DNA of 22,571 nucleotides from Thermoprotei archaeon (GTDB lineage Archaea; Thermoproteota; Thermoprotei; Thermoproteales; B15-G16): NCBI GenBank assembly GCA_003649205.1, contig QMRC01000017.1, positions 1 to 22,571 of the forward strand, read 5' to 3'. Shown piece by piece: positions 16,401 to 22,571 of this stretch (position 1 is its first letter; each line of letters starts with the position of its first letter). The notes under the pieces were generated by a model. It saw only the letters and a program-made list of their open reading frames with translations, ran no database searches and was not told where the DNA came from. The position numbers and the translations under genes were made by a program.

Positions 16401-16753
16401 TCAAGGTTAAGCCGATTAGAGATGAGCGTGAGAAGATATTCTATGACCTAGTAGATGCGTACAGGAAAGGTTACTTAACAGATGAGGAGCTTACAAGGTA
16501 CCTGAGAGAACTTGGGTACACAGAGAAGGAAATAGCACTGAGGAAACTCCACGCTAAGTTCGCAAGGTTGAGCTACGTGAGGTACTTGAGAGAGCGTACA
16601 CTAGACCTACTATTCGAGTACAACTTGATAAGTGAGGAAGATTACAGACGTGCATTACGTGAGCTAGGTATGTCAGACGACATGATCAACGAGAAGATAG
16701 CGTACATAGTAGCACGGAAAGAGAAGCAAAAATACGCTAGGTACAGAGTATAG
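13490..16753 (+). CDS. Large virion terminal-fibre-like structural protein (1087 aa)
   Basis: N-terminal S/T/I-rich amphipathic repeats, a central hydrophobic segment and C-terminal ~148-aa helical repeats; size and position resemble rudiviral ~1070-aa terminal fibre proteins. Confidence 0.7.
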   Translation: MMVMQVKVKILDLNVEVDVEQLTNSLIEQAVKDYNVGGITDPLGQLISWLWDQIKSSFYWLRDTIYSYFTTFRDWILSGVRAIIDGLWASVQAIGNSIVSAIGNIQSFISTAVSTIYSYFTELSTAISTFFSTVMTQIESAINTVSTAISNIFSTIMTSIQSAFNTVMTAIQSFINTLTAIGSQVMSAITSAINTITSAIQSAFQYVSNAIQSFIQQAIAFFTQIYNMISSALQSFIAQLQNIGSYIYNSLTAVGQQIATFFTNIYNSIVSGFQTVQAWIQQAWNTVTATLQQIYNGFLTLSNMIRRSFEEVIKSFEMIRQAFTGFVNALAQIYSWLTVEVPKMFQQFMDVVTNFPKVVWEWFQKTREDIVKFFTTLAEQITIGATRIGETIRSFVSSVIEGIKGTIENAVKTILSTLGNIIKIVIESLGGTSLDEVITKVMNVLVPLLFIGIPAYVSVDLLTTKIAGCGLELDTIKNFIQQVIPVGNVMQSMISSIVTAGLLIPFSYIINYQYRPKIVDPTTTITAYWRELITEEQLDKLLGFHGFRDEQYKIMIEASRPLPSYKDLFIMYCKDIIDLDTYKKVFKWLGWKDEWVQRLTRHMYFDLRLFDLYRIYDTVFPKPDWLSAKLQIWGFTKDDAEQVIFSILRRPIRDEVRRIIYGLIELAEMGLIKVEDIPKYFKQIAEKSEVEVRYTEHLYEGTRQHTFRAPVFYLSDYELNALVEYARMRRERYIARETLRVLTRALRRGAITKEEFVRKVTDLGYPENLAKIIAEAEAPTYELSLGWLMSFADYIELPENYVDKKLELLGVPEEDRKIIKEVLKIKPLRDERRRIIWAVIELYEIGLYNERDLEDILKQLGLRPEEINLLKQYAQLLRRRYLRNLEYRVIITALRRGKITTEEAIRKLRELGLPENLAKMIVEVEGKTYTLSLSTLLYYADYVPIEEQFLQKKLDQLGVPEDERGIVKQVFKVKPIRDEREKIFYDLVDAYRKGYLTDEELTRYLRELGYTEKEIALRKLHAKFARLSYVRYLRERTLDLLFEYNLISEEDYRRALRELGMSDDMINEKIAYIVARKEKQKYARYRV

Positions 16754-16762
16754 CGTAGGTAG

Positions 16763-17806
16763 GTGATTGAGTTGAGCTTCTACGGACTATGGAAACCAGT
16801 ACCCGGTGAAGTCATAAGAACACGCTGGGGAGAGCTAGTAGTCGACGCACTAGATAACCTACACACTAGACTGAGATCCGTCGAATCAAGCATGTACGGC
16901 GGGTACATCTACAGCGACCTACTACCAGCAAAGGACTTAGCGTACCTACTAGGTAGGTCAGATTTACGATTCAAGGAAGTACACTCAGGCTACGGGTACT
17001 TCACCTATGATGTGTTCATAGGCGGGAAGTCAATATCCGAGCTAGTATCAGAAGTAGCGGTAACACCAACAAAGTCAGCAGTAGACGAATACGGTTACGC
17101 ACACGCAGACCTCAAACCAACAACTGACTTTGAATACAGCTTAGGTATTGATGGTTATCGCTGGAAAGAAGTGAAAGCCGGCTACGGCTACTTCGTCTAT
17201 GAAGTCTTCGTTGCCGACAAGAAAGTGCTGAAAGACGGTGATCCAGTTTACATAGCTGACCTCTACCCTGAGGCAAAAGCAAAGATAACTGAAGCAATTG
17301 ATGAGAGCTACGTCCACAACATCTACAGCACACTACTCAGCATAGAGACAAAGCTAGGTGACATACAGACAAATGTCAGAGAAATCAAAGACACGACAAC
17401 AGCAATCTACAGCGGTTACACCCTAGCAGACATCTACAGCACATTATCATCAATTGAGGAAGAGCTATCGTTCTTAATCGAAGGAAAGACACCGAAACTA
17501 CTAGCAATACAGGTCAACTACCTAGCACCTAACTTCGCAGACATCTTTGCCGATGATGTTCTGGTCACAAAGGACGGTAGAGTAAGGGTGAAGATAGCTA
17601 TGGATTCGGGCGGGTACGTCTATATGAAGTGGGTTCCAGCTGGGTTAACAGAAGCAATACTAGCAATGCTCAACGCCGGACAACCAATACCAGCAAGAGC
17701 ATGGCATGAATTCGACTTCACAGTAGTGAAGGGCGACAAGGTGAACTTAAGAGTAACACCCGGACAAAAAGTAACAGTAGCAATCTACAACATATGGGGT
17801 GCATGA
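16763..17806 (+). CDS. Fibre/receptor-binding-like structural protein
   Basis: Two DL.P..D..Y.LG....R[FW]KEV..GYGYF repeats 64 aa apart, a coiled coil and a C-terminal beta domain. Confidence 0.7.
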   Translation: MIELSFYGLWKPVPGEVIRTRWGELVVDALDNLHTRLRSVESSMYGGYIYSDLLPAKDLAYLLGRSDLRFKEVHSGYGYFTYDVFIGGKSISELVSEVAVTPTKSAVDEYGYAHADLKPTTDFEYSLGIDGYRWKEVKAGYGYFVYEVFVADKKVLKDGDPVYIADLYPEAKAKITEAIDESYVHNIYSTLLSIETKLGDIQTNVREIKDTTTAIYSGYTLADIYSTLSSIEEELSFLIEGKTPKLLAIQVNYLAPNFADIFADDVLVTKDGRVRVKIAMDSGGYVYMKWVPAGLTEAILAMLNAGQPIPARAWHEFDFTVVKGDKVNLRVTPGQKVTVAIYNIWGA

Positions 17807-17807
17807 C

Positions 17808-18050
17808 ATGAGCTACATCTCACCACAGGGGTTTGGTGCATATGCACCGCAGGGAGTTAGAGTAGGTGCTGGTGTTGTCGTGATTAGGGAAACTGTTGTT
17901 GTTGAGAAAGTGGTGAAGGAGAAACCGAGGCAAGTACTCACGAAGCAAGGACACGCAATAATGAAAGAAATGACTAGAACCATACTCACGAAGCAAGTAG
18001 ATATAACAGTCACAACGATGACTAGAACAATAGAGATCAAACCTGCGTAG
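17808..18050 (+). CDS. Small protein with 16-aa tandem repeats
   Basis: RQVLTKQGHAIMKEMT / RTILTKQVDITVTTMT; 48-bp DNA periodicity. Confidence 0.65.
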   Translation: MSYISPQGFGAYAPQGVRVGAGVVVIRETVVVEKVVKEKPRQVLTKQGHAIMKEMTRTILTKQVDITVTTMTRTIEIKPA

Positions 18051-18058
18051 GTGAGAAC

Positions 18059-18655
18059 ATGATACGCATGGTAGAGATCTATCAACTGAAACCTAAACCA
18101 CGTAGAGTAGCACAAGTAGGTGAGGAACTGTTCAACGAGTACCTCGATAAAAAGAGAAGACTATTGAAAAACGATCTAGGTACTGATTGGTTTGGTAGGT
18201 TTCTAGCGTCGCTCTTCACACATGTAGGTGTAGATGATAGATTATCTTTCGAAGCCACAGCAAAGAATGGGTCAAGTTACACGATATATACAATGAAAAA
18301 TGTGAGTAATTACTCTTTTTTCAATAACACTTACTACAGTGATGTTGGGGTTTTCATTGCTGTGGGTACGTCAAATACAGCACCTACGAAGACAGATTAT
18401 GCATTAGGTAATGAAGTTGCTTGTGAACCAGCAACGAGCAAGTACAATGATGGTTCTGACTACGTTATTGTGTCAGCTTCGTTCACGCTAGCACAGGACA
18501 CGGACATCTACGAGGTCGGTCTATTCTACAGGATGAACTACTCTGTATCGTCGCCATACGTCTGTGATGTGTTGCTAGATAGGACAGTACTTGACTCACC
18601 TGTGACCTTCCCAGCGAACACACCAATGCTCGTAGCCTACAAGATCGCGATATGA
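18059..18655 (+). CDS. Tail-collar/baseplate-like beta protein
   Basis: IAVGTSNTAPTKTDYALGNEV...ASF...IYEVGLF...LLDRTV...YKI resembles phage tail-fibre N-terminal (DUF3751-like) proteins. Confidence 0.6.
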   Translation: MIRMVEIYQLKPKPRRVAQVGEELFNEYLDKKRRLLKNDLGTDWFGRFLASLFTHVGVDDRLSFEATAKNGSSYTIYTMKNVSNYSFFNNTYYSDVGVFIAVGTSNTAPTKTDYALGNEVACEPATSKYNDGSDYVIVSASFTLAQDTDIYEVGLFYRMNYSVSSPYVCDVLLDRTVLDSPVTFPANTPMLVAYKIAI

Positions 18656-18665
18656 GGTGAAATAA

Positions 18666-19439
18666 ATGAGCTGTAGGGAATGGGTAAGGATTACACCCTT
18701 AACAATACCCGGCGTACTAGAAGCACCAGACATAGGTAAGCGATTCTGGAAATTCAACTTCAGAGAACTATTCGACAGAGACTCCGAAGTCATTAGGGAA
18801 CTAGCTAAGAAACTAATGAGAGCAGAACACATCTGTAGATATATCATAGAGGAAATCAAGTACCCATTCTGGTTCGGACAACCAGACGACAAACATGTTT
18901 GGAACGCTTTCCATGGTAAGTTCTGTGTAAAGGTGAAACACGACTTCTGGCAAAAAGCAAGCGAAACCGCTGTAGCAAAGTACGGAGATTGCGAAGACAA
19001 GACAATCCTATGGGTTACATTGATGGACATGAACCTCTACAAGTGCTATGGATTCCTAGGTGTAGTCTACTACAAGGACAAACCACTAGGCGGACATGCA
19101 TGGGGGGCATTTGAAGATGAAAAAGGCAACTGGAGACTCTATGAAAGCACACTAGAGAAAGCACCAACATACCCAGAAGGATACCCAGTCATACCAGACC
19201 CAAATACAACAAATGAGTTTGAGGTAGGTAGACTACGCTACGTAGCAATAGCAAGATTCACAACAGAAGAATTCTGGTTATCAAAGAGAGGTGTAGGAAT
19301 AATGACACTCAAGGAATACCTCACACTACCACACAAGAAGAAGCACACGAGAAAGAAGATCAAGCTCATTAGGAAAGCTTGGGCAGAATACCACAAGTAC
19401 CTCATAGAGACGAAGTTGAGAGAGATGACAGGGCGGTGA
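18666..19439 (+). CDS. Transglutaminase-like cysteine protease
   Basis: WQKASET...GDCEDKTIL (Cys), GHAW (His), LYEST (acidic residue). Confidence 0.85.
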   Translation: MSCREWVRITPLTIPGVLEAPDIGKRFWKFNFRELFDRDSEVIRELAKKLMRAEHICRYIIEEIKYPFWFGQPDDKHVWNAFHGKFCVKVKHDFWQKASETAVAKYGDCEDKTILWVTLMDMNLYKCYGFLGVVYYKDKPLGGHAWGAFEDEKGNWRLYESTLEKAPTYPEGYPVIPDPNTTNEFEVGRLRYVAIARFTTEEFWLSKRGVGIMTLKEYLTLPHKKKHTRKKIKLIRKAWAEYHKYLIETKLREMTGR

Positions 19440-19443
19440 TGTA

Positions 19444-19968
19444 ATGCTCACGAGTAGAGACATAATTGCCATCATTGTCTTCCTAGGTCTTCTGATTGCT
19501 TACATAGCAGTAGCACTACTGTATGGAACAGAAGAAGCAAGAGACCTTGGGCAACTACTCACTCTAGTCACAGTCGCAATCGTAAGCTACTACCTAGGTT
19601 ACACATACAGAGAAAAGAAGCAAGTAACGACACAGCTAACAAACAAGTCAATTAATGTAAACATAGCACATGCAAGGATATCATACCTAAGACGACTAGG
19701 GTACATCAGCATAGGCTTCGGAATAGCACTGATCCTACAACATGTAGTATGTTACGGGGTAGACATCACACCACTATCAGAGCTATTGCTAGGACATGAG
19801 TGGATAGGATTGTACGCCATCATCATCGGTATGGTCATCATCGGAATGACACAGAAACGTAGCACAACAGTAACACACAACAGCAGACAAACAGCAAACA
19901 CAATTTACAGGGGTTCACCCCTCAAGACAAAGCACCCATTGACACAATGCTACGTTATTCCACGATAA
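19444..19968 (+). CDS. Multi-pass membrane protein (~4 TM)
   Basis: Four hydrophobic segments; the C-terminal ~35 aa read into repeat copy C. Confidence 0.75.
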   Translation: MLTSRDIIAIIVFLGLLIAYIAVALLYGTEEARDLGQLLTLVTVAIVSYYLGYTYREKKQVTTQLTNKSINVNIAHARISYLRRLGYISIGFGIALILQHVVCYGVDITPLSELLLGHEWIGLYAIIIGMVIIGMTQKRSTTVTHNSRQTANTIYRGSPLKTKHPLTQCYVIPR

Positions 19969-20052
19969 GAAACGTATAACCAGTTTCTCTTTTTAAAAAC
20001 CCATTAAACCATTTTTATGAAACACCAACATCACTTTACTAGCTAGGGGTCT
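19857..20052 (+). repeat. Dispersed ~200-bp repeat, copy C
   Basis: CGTAGCACAAC, ACAGCAAACAC, CCCCTCAAGACAAA, ATTGACAC, GTATAACCAGTTTCTCTTTTTAA, TTAAACCAT and TAGCTAGGGGTC are each shared with copy A and/or B. Confidence 0.85.
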
Positions 20053-20404
20053 ACCCCAAAAGCCCCTCACTAATGATGTATACAGTCCTACCTGTGAATC
20101 CTCTTTTTGGTCTACCTACCTTTTTTCTTATGATCGTTAGGTAACCTAGATTAGCTAATTTGTTCAGATGTACGTGTGCGAAAGCACCTCTCCTACCCGG
20201 TTTGAATAGCTTAGCTTCAGCAAACTTAGAATTCAGCACGCACGTGGCAACCTTCCTAATTGTCCTCGTTATGTAGGGATTCATGGTAAAAGCATGGTCA
20301 TTAAAAACAACACGAACAGTAAAGTAGTAGATGTTCCTTTTCCGCTTTACGCAGTCCTTAATGGTATTTTGTCTTAAAGTAGTTGAGCATAATTGTGAAG
20401 ACAT
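20051..20404 (-). CDS. Putative winged-helix DNA-binding protein
   Basis: HLNKLANLGYLTIIRKKVGRPKRGFTGRTVYII resembles a wHTH recognition helix plus wing; start uncertain. Confidence 0.5.
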   Translation of the reverse strand: MSSQLCSTTLRQNTIKDCVKRKRNIYYFTVRVVFNDHAFTMNPYITRTIRKVATCVLNSKFAEAKLFKPGRRGAFAHVHLNKLANLGYLTIIRKKVGRPKRGFTGRTVYIISEGLLG

Positions 20405-21143
20405 CTTCTAACCTCTGTGGTCTTACTTTCAGTGATGATATAAATAATGCATCTGTATCGTGGTCATGGATAGCCTTCGTCACAGTGCGTATATACGGCA
20501 TGTCGTGTCTCGGCTTAATCTCACCAGCAGGTTCATCCCTCACAAGCTTCATACCGTGGTCGCTCACAATAATGAAGTCAGTAGCTAACTCCACTAGCTG
20601 TCTAATCACTTCGTCCATCTCATGTAGCAACCTGTATAGCGACATATTCGGTCTATTGATGTGTAAATACCTATCAACCCACGTGAAACAACAAATCACG
20701 TCTCTATCTTGCTCAAGGTACTTCCTAGCACAGAACCTAACAGTATTGATCTCCCTCCAAGCCTCAAAGAAGGTGTACGGTAGACCATATGCAACAGGAC
20801 GGAAATCAGGTACATTGCTTACCGGTGGAAGAACAACAGGAACATTGATGTATATGATTTGCGGGAAGTAGTCCCAAATCCACTTCACTGGAATTTCGTC
20901 ATACCTAATCAACCTCCACTGATCATCTCTCACCCTCTTTATGTAGAGGTTGTACCACTGAACATCAACACCAGCGAAAATACGAGTCCAACATCTCGGA
21001 GATATGGCAACCTTAACATCGATCATATGTATACCATACTCAACAGCAAGCCTAGCTAGATTCGGCATGTAGTTCTTGAACATAGATGTGAAGTACTTGT
21101 ACCCAAGACCATCAATACCTATGATCACGATTCTCCTATCCAT
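20358..21143 (-). CDS. Alkaline-phosphatase superfamily (nucleotide pyrophosphatase/phosphodiesterase-like) protein
   Basis: IVIIGIDG, ISPRCWTRIFAG (Ser nucleophile), DRYLH, SDHG and a distal HDH. Confidence 0.85.
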   Translation of the reverse strand: MDRRIVIIGIDGLGYKYFTSMFKNYMPNLARLAVEYGIHMIDVKVAISPRCWTRIFAGVDVQWYNLYIKRVRDDQWRLIRYDEIPVKWIWDYFPQIIYINVPVVLPPVSNVPDFRPVAYGLPYTFFEAWREINTVRFCARKYLEQDRDVICCFTWVDRYLHINRPNMSLYRLLHEMDEVIRQLVELATDFIIVSDHGMKLVRDEPAGEIKPRHDMPYIRTVTKAIHDHDTDALFISSLKVRPQRLEDVFTIMLNYFKTKYH

Positions 21144-21145
21144 AC

Positions 21146-21757
21146 CTACATCACCCTCTCAAACACGAGAAACTCGTCGAAGAACATACTAAATTCCCTT
21201 TCCCCAATTGTTGCATATTCCTCAAAGAGATCATCACTGTGTCTAAAACCAAGTTGCTCAATCTTCGTTATCCAGTACATGTGAGGGTGAATATTTACAT
21301 GAGTACAATCTCTATCGCAGTCATCTCTCCAGAAAGGTGTCCTAATCAGCAGAAACCTAGCAGAAACCCTAGCAAGTTCACGCAACAATAAATCCTCAAA
21401 CTCAGCAGGAATGTGCTCAACTAACTCACTAGCAATCACTAGGTAGAATGACCTTGACCTAAATGGTATGAACCTAGCATCAGCTTGAATGAAGAAAGTC
21501 AACCCTTCAGCAATAGCCCGTCTCTTACAGTAGTCACTGATGTCGAAACCATGAGCATCAACACCTCTCTTACGAAGCTCATCAACTAGGTACGGAACAG
21601 CACAACCACAATCAAGCACAGACTTCCCCCTCAAGTCAAAGACCCTCACCAGAGCATCAGCTACCTTCGGAAACCTGTGATCACGGAGATAGTCGTTGTA
21701 GTTAGCTAGCCCACCCTTGAAGTACTGCTCACCAAATATTTTTCTAGGATTAAACAC
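21146..21757 (-). CDS. Class I SAM-dependent methyltransferase
   Basis: VLDCGCA, GFDIS, QADARFIPF, ELVEHI, LRELARVS. Confidence 0.9.
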   Translation of the reverse strand: MFNPRKIFGEQYFKGGLANYNDYLRDHRFPKVADALVRVFDLRGKSVLDCGCAVPYLVDELRKRGVDAHGFDISDYCKRRAIAEGLTFFIQADARFIPFRSRSFYLVIASELVEHIPAEFEDLLLRELARVSARFLLIRTPFWRDDCDRDCTHVNIHPHMYWITKIEQLGFRHSDDLFEEYATIGEREFSMFFDEFLVFERVM

Positions 21758-21775
21758 AGTAACACCAGAGAGACT

Positions 21776-22447
21776 ATGTCACTATCAGATAAATTAAGCG
21801 AACTCGACAACATCATAGCGAAACTACGCTACGTAAAAAGAGGAGACTGGGTACTAAGCTCAGACCACAACGACTTAGTTGATGCAGTGAAGAAAATACG
21901 AGAAGCACTAGGACTAATCACAGGAGCAGAAGAACCAAACTACAGTAACTATACGAGGATTGCACTGAAGTCAATCGACATCAGTGTTAAGATATCGCTT
22001 GCCAGTGTACGTGGGGTCATTGGTTTCATATCGAGGAATGAAGCACTTATTGTTTATGCTTCTCTAACAGATACAGGTGGTGCTAGTTACGCTAAACCAG
22101 TCATCTTATCTATACCTGATCTATCCATCATATCTACCTATCCCGAAGCAGGTGAATCTTTTACTTACTACCTCATTCAACTCACAGCTACAACATCATT
22201 TTGCAGTGAGTTAACGAAGAAGTACTACATCATTGATACGTACACTGGAGACCGACGTGTAATCGACGTGTGGAGAGGTAAGACAAAGGTAGCATCGATT
22301 GATGCCCGTGACGTACCTACAGACGTACCAGATTCATCATACCCCTGCATATCGCATGATGGTAGGTACATTGCAGTGCTAGGTATACAGTACATAGACA
22401 GCTCCACATTTAGGCTAAACATCGCACTATACGAAGGACAAACCTAG
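21776..22447 (+). CDS. Putative second fibre/adhesin-like protein
   Basis: N-terminal VKRGDWVLSSDHNDLVDAV anchor-like motif, then a beta-rich region (ISHDGRYIAV, propeller-like). Confidence 0.6.
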   Translation: MSLSDKLSELDNIIAKLRYVKRGDWVLSSDHNDLVDAVKKIREALGLITGAEEPNYSNYTRIALKSIDISVKISLASVRGVIGFISRNEALIVYASLTDTGGASYAKPVILSIPDLSIISTYPEAGESFTYYLIQLTATTSFCSELTKKYYIIDTYTGDRRVIDVWRGKTKVASIDARDVPTDVPDSSYPCISHDGRYIAVLGIQYIDSSTFRLNIALYEGQT

Positions 22448-22448
22448 C

Positions 22449-22571
22449 TGTTTTTGTTGTTTTGTTTTGTGTTTTGTTTGTTTTTGTGTGTGTTTGGTTT
22501 AGGGGTTTTTGTTTTTGTTTCTCGTGTCTTTGCCCCCTAAACCTCTTCTCCACAGTAATTCCCTCATCAAC
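22449..22571 (-). repeat. Right inverted terminal repeat (123 bp)
   Basis: Reverse complement of 1-123; starts 1 bp after the stop codon of the last ORF. Confidence 0.98.
22496..22543. promoter_or_regulatory. IR-N28 site 5, right ITR
   Basis: GGTTTAGGGG 22496-22505 and CCCCTAAACC 22534-22543. Confidence 0.85.

Larger units (their letters stand above)
1..22571. mobile_element. Linear archaeal filamentous/rod-shaped virus genome (Adnaviria, Ligamenvirales-like)
   Basis: ITRs at both ends, SIRV2-type MCP, adjacent glycosyltransferase, Hjc-like resolvase, ~1.1-kaa fibre-like protein, archaeal RBS/TATA motifs, no housekeeping genes. Confidence 0.9.

Noticed and set aside
21146-21757. DNA methyltransferase
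   Set aside because: No DPPY/NPPY or PC catalytic motif; it resembles small-molecule or glycan class I methyltransferases.
1-22571. Transposon, casposon or integrated provirus bounded by TIRs
   Set aside because: No transposase, Cas1, PolB or catalytic integrase recognised, and no flanking host DNA.

Overview
The window appears to be an essentially complete ~22.6-kb linear genome of a filamentous or rod-shaped archaeal virus (realm Adnaviria, Ligamenvirales-like). It has perfect 123-bp inverted terminal repeats, a SIRV2-type major capsid protein (10025-10393) followed by a GT4 glycosyltransferase, an Hjc-type resolvase, a 1087-aa fibre-like protein, GGTGA-type ribosome-binding sites and TTAAATA TATA boxes. 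The left half carries small regulatory, Zn-finger and accessory genes; the right half carries structural, fibre and modification genes. The main highlights are: (1) a stand-alone virus-encoded Csx3/Crn3 cA4 ring-nuclease homolog, a candidate anti-type III CRISPR factor, behind a leader that can fold in two exclusive ways; (2) a fixed-geometry inverted-repeat site (GGTTTAGGGG-N28-CCCCTAAACC) in both ITRs and at three internal positions, alongside two catalytically truncated integrase-type DNA-binding proteins; (3) three dispersed ~200-bp non-coding repeats with an ungapped core; (4) a second capsid-like domain fused to a 368-aa protein; (5) no recognisable replication initiator or polymerase. 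All protein assignments come from motif recognition by eye, not database searches.
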